Positions 10,362 to 21,981 of a stretch of DNA of 64,000 nucleotides are shown here, one piece after another. The translations under genes and the position numbers were made by a program. Under the pieces are notes generated by a model. It had not been told where the DNA came from. It was given only the letters and a program-made list of their open reading frames with translations, and did not search any database. Every line of letters begins with the position of its first letter. The first letter of the stretch is position 1. The stretch is from NCBI RefSeq assembly GCF_000142905.1, contig NW_013657674.1, forward strand, positions 29,787 to 93,786. The letters run 5' to 3'. Source of the DNA: Thecamonas trahens ATCC 50062. Taxonomy: Eukaryota > Protista > Apusomonadida.

Positions 10362-11566
10362 ATGTCCACCGCCGGTGTGGCGCCCTTCCTCCGGGACAGA
10401 CCGTTTACCAACACCTTTGCCTCCAAGCAGCTTGAGAAATACGGATGGGAGAGGTACGCATGCCCCCCCCCCCCCTCGACACACACACACACACCTTTCC
10501 CCCTTCCCCTCCCCCCCGCCGCCCTGCCACCCGAGGATGCGATGGGATGGATGGGAGCCGTACCACCCCATCACCCCCCCCCAGACTCACATCATCTCAT
10601 CATCTTCATCTTCATCACCATTATGACCACAGCGGAGATGGGCTGGGTCGGAACAAGCAAGGCCGTAAGGATGCGATCAAGACGCGGAAGCGGGCGAATG
10701 GTGTGGGACTCGGGGCTGAGCGCAAGCCGGTCTCCTTTGGTGATCGGTGGTGGGAGATCCTGGCCAACAAGACGGCGGCTCGTATCACCTCGGGCGCAAA
10801 CTCGGCCGATTCGGACTCGGACTCGGACTCGGATTCGGACTCGGAGGATAGTGATCCGCGCTCGGGTCTCGCGGCGTTTGCTGCTCGCGACTCGGCCGCT
10901 CAGCGCATCCGGAGTCAAGAGCTTTACCTCGGCAAGTTTGTCCGCTCGCCCGTCCTGCTCTCCATGGAGATGATGATGGCCAAGGAGAAGGCTGCCAAAG
11001 AGGAGGCTGCTGCTGCCGCCGCCGCCGCTGCTGCTGCAGACAAGGCTGCCAAAGAGAAGGCCACAGACGATGACTCGGACTCGGACTCGGACTCGGACTC
11101 GAGCGCTGCCGATGCGAGCCTGCCTAAGGTCATGGATCTCAACTCGATCCTCACCGCCTGTGAGGGCCGCGTTCTGTCCAAGGGCGCCCGTGTAGGCGCC
11201 GGCGTCGGCAAGCTGGCTCGTCTGGCCGAGCAGGATCGCCTGCGCAAGACTGGCGCTTCCCTCGACGTCACTGTAGGCGCCAAGCGCAAGCGTAACTCGC
11301 ACGCCGCACGCGGCGCCGCCGCCGCGCTTGCCGCTGCCGAGCGCGCGCTCGCAGAGGCTGGCGATGCCAAGCGATCCAAGAACCTCAAGGGCAAGTCCAA
11401 GTCCAAGTCCAAGTCCAAGTCCAAGAAGAAGTCCAAGTCCAAGTCCAAGAAGAAGTCCAAGAAGAAGTCCAAGAAGAAGTCCAAGAAGAAGAAGGACAAG
11501 TCAAAGTCCAAGAACAAGGCCAAGTCAAAGTCAAAGTCCAAGAACAAGGCCAACGACGATGATTAG
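10362..11566 (+). CDS. G-patch domain protein, GPATCH4/PINX1-like; exons 10362-10453 and 10633-11566
   Basis: Splicing rebuilds the G-patch FASKQLEKYGWESGDGLGRNKQG..DAIK....GVGLG followed by WW; GKLARL motif; Lys/Ser-rich tail. Confidence 0.85.
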
Positions 11567-11675
11567 CTCCTCGTCGCCGATTCATCGACCCCGAAGCACA
11601 GACTTTGCTGTGGCTGCTCCTGCAAGCTGTGTACCCCGTCACCCGACAGGCTTCTGAATAATGAATCGCTACTCG

Positions 11676-12329
11676 TCAGACATCCGACACATACTCGGAC
11701 GATTCGATGCCATAGCGGTCGCCCGAGCCTGATCGTGACGCCAAGGTCGAGCCCGAGTCCGGATCTGAGCTCGAGTCCGAGTCGGAGTCCGAGCCCGACC
11801 TCATGCCGCCGCGCTCCTTACTCGATGCAGACGTAGCAAGGAGCGCCGGATGACGCCCACTCCGCTTGCCAGCCACCGACTCGCGGATACGCGCCTCGGG
11901 TGATCTGCAGATGAACCACAGCCGGAACAGGCAGCAGGGAACAAAGACACAGACAACGAGGCCGAGGACAAGCGCCACTACGACCCAGGTCGGATCCAAC
12001 ACGCCCGCCAGTGATGCAGCCAAGATACAAACAACAAACAGTGCGTAAGCCACCGCCGGGCACATAACCCATGGCTTGAGCTTATACAATTGCTCTCGCG
12101 ATCGACGTCGCCTCCCTATCATCGCCCAAACACCGCCACGCGCACCGCTGGTGAGTCGCTCCCCCCCCTCCCCCGCTTCGCCACTCGGCATGCTCAACCA
12201 CACCCATACGCCGCCACTTTGCCACGTACGACCCTCCCGTCTCCGCGCAGCATCCTTCTTGTGTATCTCGTTCATCCGGCGAGCTTCTGCCGCCTTGCGC
12301 ACTCGCTCCCGCTCACGGCTGCGGCCCAT
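11676..12329 (-). CDS. Hypothetical two-TM membrane protein
   Basis: 217-aa ATG ORF with two hydrophobic helices followed by a Cys-rich stretch; fills the intergenic space. Confidence 0.5.
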   Translation of the reverse strand: MGRSRERERVRKAAEARRMNEIHKKDAARRREGRTWQSGGVWVWLSMPSGEAGEGGERLTSGARGGVWAMIGRRRRSREQLYKLKPWVMCPAVAYALFVVCILAASLAGVLDPTWVVVALVLGLVVCVFVPCCLFRLWFICRSPEARIRESVAGKRSGRHPALLATSASSKERGGMRSGSDSDSDSSSDPDSGSTLASRSGSGDRYGIESSEYVSDV

Positions 12330-12779
12330 CGTAAAGGCCAGGAAGGAGTGCGAGGCGGTGAGAGTGGCGTGTCGCCGTCGCCGCTCCAGTCACCGCCGTC
12401 ATACAGCAGCCGATGGCAGGCACCGGCCAGCACGACACAGCGATCAAACTATCGAGGTGCGGCAGATTCATACGGATATGTATGACACAGCCAGAGCTGT
12501 GACTAAGGTGTCGAGCAGTAGCACACCGCTGTCTTACGGCAGACACTTGCGCTGTCAACTCGCGGCGGCAGGTACAGACTCGCCGCTTGACCTGGGGGAC
12601 ACGGCCATCCACGCTCGATCACCATCCGCACGCACACGCATAAACACATACAAACATACAAACACAAATACATCGACTTTATCGCCATCGTGCTCAAATC
12701 GCCCCGGATCACAGCCAATGATCACACCGCTCGCCTCTCGTCGCCTCTCATCGCCAACCACACCTCACTCTCGCTGGCG

Positions 12780-14354
12780 ATGCCGTCCCTCACTTCCCGC
12801 AACGTCGCCATGGGCTTCTTGGCATCGGCCATACTCTTTTGGTGGCTTCTCTATGCACCCTCAGTCGTCCACGCTCCTGCTCCGTGTCCACATGCGCCGT
12901 ACCACTCGCCTCTGTCGCCTCTGCCTGTCCCTCTTCCACCACCGCCATCGCCACCATCGCCGTCGACCCCGATCACCCCGACAACTACTGATGATGATGA
13001 GCTGGAAGCGCTTGCTCGCCAGATTGCAAACATCTCGCAGAGTTTGGACAAGCGCTTGCTGGAGGTATGGCATCGATCGCCGGCCCGGGATTGTCTTGCC
13101 AGATCGTGGGGGAGACGACCAGGCTTTGTCCTAGCAAGCGACCCGCCGAGGCTTGTACCGCTTGCAGACTCGGTTGCTGTCCGGGGAAAGTGTGCGAGTG
13201 CGGATGCGGTGGCTCCCATGTTGCTGCGAAGGGCACTGGAGAAGGCAGATGTGTTTCACGGCGCCGATCATGTGTACGACATCGTCGAGGCCGCAACCGC
13301 GAGGAGGTGGGCCGGCCATCGCGCAGACGCTGTGTACGATCCGGAGCTCGGAGCGGCAATCGCCAACGCGCACCGAAGCGTAACTGCGTCGAGCTCGGCT
13401 CGAACCAAGCACGTTGCTTTTCTCTCGTCGTCGCACGACCGGACGATCATGAGAGAGATGTGCTCCGCGTGCGGCGGCGAGAAGTACTCGTTTGTCTACG
13501 ACGAGCTGAGCTGGCTGGTCAAGGATGCCCCAGGATTCTCGCTGAGAGAGCTGCTGGGCGTTGAGACAAAGGCCAAGCTCTCGCTCGAGTCACTGCAGGC
13601 GCATCGGGCTGATATGGTAAGCTACTCGCACTCGTCGTGCATGTGCGCGTCGCGAAAGCTCGCCTTCCACACCATAGTCCACGCCGGCTCGTACGCCTCG
13701 CCGCCGTGGCACGCTTCGACCTCGTGGCAGAACCCGCTGATGCCTATGTCGGCCCACGACGAGCTTCCACTTGCGCTGGCGCTTCTCTTCCTTCACACCG
13801 GGGGTCACGGGCCGGACATCGTCTCCTTCTCGTCGATGTACTGGGACATAACGTCGGGCCACTTTGGCTCGCTTGATCCTCAGCTGCCGGCCTTTGTCGA
13901 CGATCTTGTCGAAGCGACCAACCTTGCAGCGCTGCAGGAACTTGCCACCGACGCGCGCACGCTTGTGGAGAGCGTGCGCGCTCAGGTGGCATCACTGGTG
14001 GTGGACGGGCCACTCAACAAGGTACTGGATGCTCTGCTTGGCGCGCTACCTGAGCCCGTCCGCAAGGCAGCCGAGTCGCGATTGGCGCCTGCGGCGAGCC
14101 GACTCCTACCTGTATTCACGCTGCGAACAGGTATGTTGGCAGAGGACCACCCGCGGCCGATTTCAGCGGCAGTGGCGAGCGTGCTGGCTGCGGTAGGCGA
14201 TGCGGTAGGCGCAGCGGTGATTGACGAGTGGGTACTCTTTTCCGGCGCCGTCCGGGTCCACGGCGCACATCCGCACCCGCCTCTGGCGCTGGCACTCTTT
14301 ACCTGGTATGCCAATGTGTGGGAGGCGGAAGAAGGAATCAGGCTCGTGCTGTAA
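12780..14354 (+). CDS. Type II membrane protein, divergent SGNH/PC-esterase-like
   Basis: N-terminal TM, Pro-rich stem; HVAFLSSSHDR (GDS-like), PDIVSFSSMYWD, VHGAHP (DxxH-like). Confidence 0.5.
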   Translation: MPSLTSRNVAMGFLASAILFWWLLYAPSVVHAPAPCPHAPYHSPLSPLPVPLPPPPSPPSPSTPITPTTTDDDELEALARQIANISQSLDKRLLEVWHRSPARDCLARSWGRRPGFVLASDPPRLVPLADSVAVRGKCASADAVAPMLLRRALEKADVFHGADHVYDIVEAATARRWAGHRADAVYDPELGAAIANAHRSVTASSSARTKHVAFLSSSHDRTIMREMCSACGGEKYSFVYDELSWLVKDAPGFSLRELLGVETKAKLSLESLQAHRADMVSYSHSSCMCASRKLAFHTIVHAGSYASPPWHASTSWQNPLMPMSAHDELPLALALLFLHTGGHGPDIVSFSSMYWDITSGHFGSLDPQLPAFVDDLVEATNLAALQELATDARTLVESVRAQVASLVVDGPLNKVLDALLGALPEPVRKAAESRLAPAASRLLPVFTLRTGMLAEDHPRPISAAVASVLAAVGDAVGAAVIDEWVLFSGAVRVHGAHPHPPLALALFTWYANVWEAEEGIRLVL

Positions 14355-14362
14355 GCTGCGGT

Positions 14363-16419
14363 TCACATCCGTGAGCGGAGCAGCAGCGGCTTGAGGTGCT
14401 CGCGCCAGCCGGGGCTCGGCTCGTCGTCGTCGAGCGGCGCGTTCATCGGATCGTGCCGGGTAGTGTCGATGAGCCGCTCGTAGACTCGCCCGTTGTAGCA
14501 CCCGATGGCCGAAGAGAGCGCACAGTCGTGGTAGTCAAAGGCGTCGACAAGCGAGGCGGCGTCGGGCCGCAGGACCCCCAGCAGCTTGCGGACCGCGGCA
14601 CGGACCCATACGACTTGCTCCGCGGAGACAAAGCCCGAGTCGAGGAACTCCCCGGCGTGGACCTCCATCCAATAGAGCGCAAAGAGCTGGGCGAGGGCGG
14701 TGAGGACAGCAACAAGGGCAGAGGGGCGCCCGCGGCCGAGGCGTCGGTCACAACCTGCGCAAAGTTACGGACAATCACCACAAACGAATGCGCACGCGAC
14801 ATGCGGAAGGCTTCGACCTGGGCCTCGATCCATGCCTCGACGTACGGCTTGCCGCCCGCGATGGCGGCCTGCAGCGACTGCGCGGTCGCCACGGTCAGCG
14901 CTAGCGAGCGGTGCTCATAGGCGGTGACCAGCGCAGCAAGATCGGCAACGGCGTCGCCGTCAGTCGGGCTCCAGCGCTCGCCGCCGGTAACGGCCGCAAA
15001 CCGCTCGAGGTACGCCGACGAGCCAGTCAGTGCCCCGCCGCCGACCGCAGTCTGCAGCGCCTTGAGGAGAGCGCGGGCAGTCTGCTGGGTGAGCAGAAAG
15101 TTCTCGCCCTCGGCGGTCTCGACGCCGACGTAGCCGGAGAAGAGATCGGGCAGGCCCGAGGCTACGAGAAAGCCGACGCCGCCAACCGACTTGCGCAGCG
15201 CCTCGCACCCATCGCCGGCCAGCGAAGTGGTCAACGACTTGAGGCCTGCTGCTGTGGCATGGACCTCGGCGAGGAGCTCAAAGTTGCCGTCGGCCATCTG
15301 CGCCACAAGCGTATCGTGGAGCGACTCCATCCACAGTCCGGTGAACTTGAGCGCGTACGCCGTGGCGACAAGCGGGAGAACACGATACTGCTGCATGGTG
15401 TAGTCAAGGATGGGAGTCTCGGCCTCGGGCGCGCAGTTGGGCTGCGCGTAGTTGAACTGCCGCCGCTGCAGCGCGTAGCGGACGGCAATGGTGGCGGCGC
15501 GGGCGAGAAACCCGCCGGCGCCCTTGATGAGCGAGGCACGGACAGAGATCATGCCGGCGTATGCCACCTTGGCATGTGCGGGCTTGGTGTAGCTTCCGTC
15601 TGCGTCAAGCGAGGCAAACTTGGCGAGCATGTTGAACCGCGGAATAAAGACGTCGTGGAGGCAGAGGTACCCGTTGTCCACGGCGTTCATGCCGAGCTTG
15701 GACCCGATGTCGCCGAGCTCGATGCCCGGCAGCGTCATGTGGCTCTCCATGTCGCGCAGCTGGACCAGGAAAGGATGCACTCCGTGGTCGGTCTCGCCCA
15801 CAATTAGCCGCGCCATGACAATGGCGTGGGTCGCCGTCTTGGCCATGTTGCCCGGCCACCACTTGCGGGCCTCGCTCCTCGGTGTGGTGAGGATAAACCC
15901 GTCAGCGTCAGGGTCAAACACCGCGCGGGTCTCGATGCCACGCACATTGGAGCCATGGGCGAGCTCGGTCTGGGCGTAGCAACCCAGAATGCGATACGCC
16001 CGGGCATCGTCCAGCCAAGCCGCCGCCTGATCCTCAGTCGCCTGCGCCGCCAGAAATGGCACAAAGGCAAGGTCATGCAGATCGGTAGGCAGAGCGTCGG
16101 GCACGCCCTCGTTCCGAAGCAAGGCTCTCTGCTTGTCATCCAAGCCATGGATCTCTGCCAGCTGTACCACTCTCCGAACACTGCCCAGCGCAGCCTTGTA
16201 CCGATCCACCCGGGACATCATCATCCGCTCCGCATCATACTTGCGCAGCTCTGCATCGAGTGCCAGCTGCTGTATAGCCTTGCGCTCGACGCTTGCCTCA
16301 GCTCCGCCATTGAACAAGTCGGTGAGAGCCGCCACAGGGAAGCTTCCCTTCCTCCGCTCTGCTTCCAAAATCCCGCACGTGCTCCCTGCGCCTGCTGCTG
16401 TTGCTGCTGCTGCTGCCAT
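14363..16419 (-). CDS. ACOX: Peroxisomal acyl-CoA oxidase (frameshift near 14725)
   Basis: GCYAQTELAHGSNVRGIET, KWWPG, GDIGSKLG..DNG, TAEGEN; C-terminal frame DAASLVDAFDY..LSSAIGCYNGRVYE ends in the PTS1-like tripeptide SRM. Confidence 0.93.
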
Positions 16420-16906
16420 GCCGGTGTCGTCTCAGAGTGGAGTCTGTGACAGGTGGCAGACTGCCTGCGGGGATGGCGATGATGCGGGGAGGGTGGAACG
16501 GGTGGGTGGGTGGGGACAGAGATCTGGGGAGCCCTAACATGACATGTATGAGGAGAGAAGAAAGGGAGGTATCGATAAGGTTGGTTGTGGGTTATGGATG
16601 GCAATCGCAGCAGCCACAGCCCGCGCAGCAGGCGCAGCAGGCGCAGCAGGCGCAGCGGGAGGGGGGGGGAGAGAGAATAGTTGATGGGCTCTCCTTCATT
16701 ACTCCCACCACTACTTCTCAACTCATACCTACTAGCACATAGCTTATGTAGTCATGTATATCCGGGTGTAATTTGATCTCCATAGCCTTTCCCCATCTCC
16801 CCATCAAGCCCAAAACATACCCCATCATCTCCCCCACCCTCGAGGGGAAAGGGGGACCTCGTTCCATGTCGCGCTGCAGTCAACGACTCGCCACGCAACC
16901 CCCCAG

Positions 16907-16939
<33 letters not shown>

Positions 16940-16975
16940 TACACATACACATACATACACACTACTCTGTATAGT

Positions 16976-18359
16976 ATGGCATCCATGGCCAATCCGGGCG
17001 TATTCAAGCTCACCTGTGGGTACGTCCATGCCCTTTCCCCCAATCCCGCTGCACTCTCTGCTGTACTCCCCAAGCTGAGGCGATGCCCTCACTCACCGTC
17101 ACCTCGCCTGTCGCGCGGTCGGCACACCGCACACACACACTGCACACTCACCGCCGATGCTCATGGACAGGTCTCGGCAGTATGCCTGGGGAAAGATTGG
17201 AATGGCGTCCAAGGTGGCCGAGCTGGTTGCTGCTCAGGGCGGGGAGATCGACGATGCCGAGCCGTATGCAGAGCTGTGGATGGGCACCCATGTGGCTTGC
17301 CCTTCGCAGCTGACTACCGGCGGCTCGCTGGAAGAGCTCATCGCAGCTGCGCCTGATGTCCATCTCGGGCCCGAGGTGGCGGCAGAGTTTGATGGCAAGC
17401 TCCCATTCCTGTTCAAGGTTCTCTCGGTCAACAAGGCGCTCTCTATTCAGGCCCATCCGGACAAGGCGCTCGCGGCAAAGCTCCATGCACGGGCTCCGGA
17501 CATATACCGCGACCCAAACCACAAGCCCGAGATGGCCATTGCGCTGACTGATGTCGAGGTTCTCTGTGGCTTCCGAGTTCATGCTGAGATCCGCCAATTC
17601 ATGACCTCGGTCGCTGCGCTCCGCGCTCTAGTTGGCGACGACGCGCTGGTGAGCCGTTACGCCGACGGCGACGACGACGCGCTCAAGCCGCTGTTCTCGG
17701 CGGCGATGAAGGCCGAGCCGGTGCGGGTGGCGGACACAGTGGCAAGCCTCATGGGCAGTCTTGATGAACTCGAAGCTAGCGGCGCGCTCGACCCGTCGCT
17801 GCGCGCGCTCCTTGACCGGGTGGCTGGCCAGTACCCGGGCGACATCGGCCTCTTCTGCGTTTTGTTCCTTAACTACATCCAGCTCGCCCCAGGCCAGGCG
17901 GTCTTCCTCGGACCGAACCAGCCGCACGCGTACCTCTCGGGTGACATTGTCGAGTGCATGGCAGCGTCGGACAATGTGGTCCGTGCTGGCTGCACGCCCA
18001 AGCTCCGCGACGTCGACACCCTCACTGAGATGCTGACATACGCGGTGGGAACGCCGACCGACCAGCTCAACCCGCCGCTGGATGCTGCACCGGGCGTCGC
18101 CATGTACGCCACTCCTGTGCCCGAGTTTGACGTTGCGCGCTTTGAGCTCACCGCCGCCGCGCCGACCGGCGCCATCCCGCCCGTCGACGGCCCGTCCATT
18201 ATGCTCGTTGTCGACGGAGAGGCCAAGGACTCGACCTGCACCGCCTTTACCCCTGGCGCGGTCTTCTTCATTTCCGCCGGCGCGAGCCTCACACTCACGC
18301 TGGACGACGGCTCGCCAGGCCTTGTCGCCTACCGCGCGTACTGCACGCTCGACAAGTAG
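16976..18359 (+). CDS. MPI: Mannose-6-phosphate isomerase, class I; exons 16976-17019 and 17171-18359
   Basis: QYAWGK, AELWMGTH, LPFLFKVLSVNKALSIQAHP, DPNHKPEMAIAL, HAYLSG, SDNVVRAG; GTACGT...CAG intron. Confidence 0.96.
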
Positions 18360-18378
18360 CTGTGCCGCGCTGCAGCAA

Positions 18379-20919
18379 CTACTGAATGAGCGACGAGAGG
18401 AGGCCCGGAACTCCTGCGGCCGGGGAAACAGTCCGCGCCGCGCTCTGCGCGTGCACCCCGCTCATGTGGGCGTGAATGGCCGCCGGGGTTGTTGGCGCCG
18501 CCAACGGCGACGCAAACAGTGCGTGCGCTCGCTCCGAGTGCGCCGGTGACGTCGACGGCAGCCGCGCGTCCCACGTCGACACCGGCGGTGGGAGAGGGGC
18601 CGGTGGAAGCGTGCCACCAAGGCCTGCGTTGGTGGCCTGTAGCGCGTGCGATGCGTCGACTGCGTAGCCGAGTGTAGCCTGCGCATCAGCAAAGTTTTGC
18701 GCCGCTTGCGCGAGTGTCGCCTCGAGCGTCGCCCGCGTCGCCTCGTCTGCCCGATTGCGGGCGAGAAGCTCATTGGTGGTTCCAGCCACCGTGGCAAGCA
18801 CGGTGTCCATGCCACGGAAGAGAGTCGGGAGCGAGTCAAGCAGCACATCCGGCTCGTCGCTGACGGCCACCGTGGCTTCCAGCAGCGCCTCCAACGCGCC
18901 CTGTAGCCGCGTTGAGTACGCCGATGTCCGCTGCGCAAGCGCCAGCTCGGCCGCAACGTGATCGAGGACCGGCGGCCGCGGCGCGCTGGTAGCGTGTACT
19001 TCCGCCGCCGCTGGGAGCGGCGATGGCGACCGCCGGTCGCGGAGCACCCGCGCCTGCTCGGCCGCAGCATCCATGTACCGGGTGTGGACGTGGGTGGCCG
19101 TCGCGTGACTTGCCCGCAGCGCCGCCTGAAGCTCTTCGCGCTCCTCGGCCACAACCCGGGCCTGCAGGTGGATGGTGTGCTCGAGCGCCGCGAGCTGGGC
19201 CTCCTTGGGCGCCAGCTCGGCCTCGAGCGCCGCGATTTGATTCCGCAACGCAGCGTTTCCCTCCTTGTGCGAGGCGACGAGCCTCTGCGACTCGGAGAGC
19301 TGTGCCGAGCGGGTCGTGATTCGGGTCAGCTGCTCCTCCAGCGCACGCTTCATCCGATGCAGCTCGAGCGTTTCGTTCGAGAGCATGTCCAGCTCGTCGG
19401 CAACAGCGTCGCTCGACGACGTCGCCCGCCCGCCGGCTTCGCGCAGCTGTGCCTCCAGCACCGACACAGCATCACGAAGCGCCGCGTTGTCTGCTGCCGC
19501 AGCAGCCACCGTAGCCGCCAGCGAGTTGTTGGTCGCGGCCTCGCGCGCCACAGCCCCGCGCTGCGCCTCCAGCTCGGTCTGCTTGATACGGAGCTGGGCG
19601 GTCTCTGCTGCCAACGCCTCAGCCTCGGCGGCGAGCGCGTCGCGCTCGGCTGCAAGCGCCGCAGCTTGCTTGTCCAGCTCGGACATGGTGGCACCTTCTC
19701 CAGCCAAGTCTGCGGCGTCGCGCTCGGTCTTGACCTCCGCCACTTTGGCGCGCAGTTGCACGAGCTCGGCTTCAAGCGCGTCCGCCGCCGCAGTCGCCTC
19801 GGCCGCCGCCACCGAGTCGGCGGCAAGTGCGACGTCATCGGCTTCGAGCGCCGCAAGCTCGGCGGCGAGCGCGGCACGCTCCTCACGGAGCTGCGCAGCG
19901 CGGGCATTGGCCGCAGCCTCGGCGGCCGATCCGCTAGCCGCAGCCTGGTCACGAGCGGCCATCGCCGCAGCGATCTTCTCCCGAAGCGCGTCAATTTCGT
20001 CTTCAGCAGCATCAATGGCGTCGGTGAGAGCGTCGGTCGCAGTGGCGTTGTTGAGCTCCTCGAGCTGAGTCTCAAGCGTCGCGAGCTCAGACTCGAGCGT
20101 AGACTTTTGCGCCGAAAGTTGCTCGAGCTCCGACTCGGCGGCGGCAATGTCTGCCGCCTGCGACTCGCGGAGCATGGCGAGCCGCTCAGCAGCAGCACTG
20201 GTCTTGGACTCGAGCGCTGCGACATCGGCCTGCAGCTCATCGGTGCCGCGGCCGTCGTTGTCGTCGTGCCCTCCATTGGCGTCGGCAATGACGTGGGCGT
20301 GGTCGATCGCCGCGAGCGTCGTCGCCACCGCACCAGCCAGATCACTCTGCGACGCCGAGAGCGGAATGCCGAGGGTGTGGAGGTACCATACCGGAGCGTC
20401 GGCATGGTCGACGTCGTCCGACTTGTGGTACACCAGGTGGCACATGGTCATGCAGGTGGTGTCTGGCGCATGGGCGTGGCCACGAAGGGTCATGCGAGCC
20501 AGCTCTTCCGGGTCATCGGCTGCCTCATCGTCGTTGATGGCGCCAGCAAGCAGACGAACGTATGCCTCATCGATGTCGGCAAAGGCATGTCCGGAGAACG
20601 AGGTGAGGACAAAGACAACCGAGTGTGTCGAGCCATCGAGGGCGAGAGCATGGAGATCGACGGAAATGGACTCATCATCACCATCGCCATCGCCAGACAC
20701 GTTGTCTCCAGACGCCACAACAGCACCATTCCCAGCATCAGAGCTCAGCTTGGCAAAGTATACACGCTCAACAACCGTGTGGTCAGGTGCAAGGAGGTAA
20801 GCAGCGAGGTCGAGGTCGACCCGGCTTCCGTCGGCAGACTCCCACCCGGTGGCCACAGTCACCGTCTGCAAGCCCCTTGCCAGGCCCATGGAAAAGTCCT
20901 TCCCCACTTCATGCTCCAT
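18379..20919 (-). CDS. TerD-domain protein with long coiled coil
   Basis: GW....DLDLAAYL...VYFAKL...SGDNVSGDGDGDDESISVDL (TerD Ca-binding signature) followed by about 500 aa of heptad-rich sequence. Confidence 0.8.
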   Translation of the reverse strand: MEHEVGKDFSMGLARGLQTVTVATGWESADGSRVDLDLAAYLLAPDHTVVERVYFAKLSSDAGNGAVVASGDNVSGDGDGDDESISVDLHALALDGSTHSVVFVLTSFSGHAFADIDEAYVRLLAGAINDDEAADDPEELARMTLRGHAHAPDTTCMTMCHLVYHKSDDVDHADAPVWYLHTLGIPLSASQSDLAGAVATTLAAIDHAHVIADANGGHDDNDGRGTDELQADVAALESKTSAAAERLAMLRESQAADIAAAESELEQLSAQKSTLESELATLETQLEELNNATATDALTDAIDAAEDEIDALREKIAAAMAARDQAAASGSAAEAAANARAAQLREERAALAAELAALEADDVALAADSVAAAEATAAADALEAELVQLRAKVAEVKTERDAADLAGEGATMSELDKQAAALAAERDALAAEAEALAAETAQLRIKQTELEAQRGAVAREAATNNSLAATVAAAAADNAALRDAVSVLEAQLREAGGRATSSSDAVADELDMLSNETLELHRMKRALEEQLTRITTRSAQLSESQRLVASHKEGNAALRNQIAALEAELAPKEAQLAALEHTIHLQARVVAEEREELQAALRASHATATHVHTRYMDAAAEQARVLRDRRSPSPLPAAAEVHATSAPRPPVLDHVAAELALAQRTSAYSTRLQGALEALLEATVAVSDEPDVLLDSLPTLFRGMDTVLATVAGTTNELLARNRADEATRATLEATLAQAAQNFADAQATLGYAVDASHALQATNAGLGGTLPPAPLPPPVSTWDARLPSTSPAHSERAHALFASPLAAPTTPAAIHAHMSGVHAQSAARTVSPAAGVPGLLSSLIQ

Positions 20920-21981
20920 GGTAGTGTCACGCCCAGTGCGAGGGCGCGAAAAGTGTGTCTCATAGCCTTAGCCTGCGCCTGGCCGAGCTAGCCGCAGCAG
21001 TTGCGGCTGATCGACCGCTGCCTGATTGAGCGCCGCTGCCGCCCTCCTCGCCACTGCCATCTTGATCGCCGCTGCCAGTTTGATCGCTTAGTCCATTGTC
21101 ACCGGCTGATCGACAGTTGATCGAAGCAAAGGTGCAGCCTAGTATATTGCTCCCTCGCATGGTCGGCCTGTTAGTCGATGGGTGGCGAGAGGCGGTTGTG
21201 CCAGTGGCTGTGGGTGGTCGGCCCGCCGGCTGATCGACCGCGACAAAATCGATCGCTGCCGACAGTTGCAGCGCTTTCCGCACCGCAACGACGCCTTATC
21301 CTGTTGCGAGAGTCTGACAATGTTAGATCGCGACGTTCGACACACTCATAAACTGGTGGATTGGATTGGCTTTGCTGTCGTCATCCACGGTCCTCTGGCT
21401 GTCACCGAACAGCCCCTCACAAACTCGAGAATTGATGATCGCGTTGCGGTGACATAGATAACACAACCCAATCTTCTGACGGGCCACAACAGAGCAAGTG
21501 GGCCGGCATGGCTGTACTCGAGCGTCGACTGTGCCGATCGGGACGCTGAGCGGTGCACACGGCTGATCTGTTTTGGGTTCAAGCCTCCAACAACCTGCGA
21601 TGGGCCACGTCGAACGATGTCGCCTTTACTCGCAGTTGCCGATGTGTATCCGCTGCATCTCCCAGCAAGCCCAGCACGCTCCCGACACCACAGACCGCGA
21701 TCCCAACAAGAACGAAACCTCTCCCGCTCCCTCCCTCCCCCCCCCCCCCCCTCTGCATCTTCTCCTTCCCATTCCCTTCGATTCCAATCGGCGCATTACT
21801 CTCAATCGGCAGACTGACACCAATCGCTGTCATGTCGCCTCGGCCAAGAGGCGAGGTCACGGGACACAGGCGACGAGGTCACGGGCAGTCGGCGAGGCAA
21901 GGGCAGGCAAGGGGTAGGTAGCGGGAAGCACCTGACTCCAGACCAAAGGGTGGTAACAAGTTGTAGGGTATAGGCAGGTTT

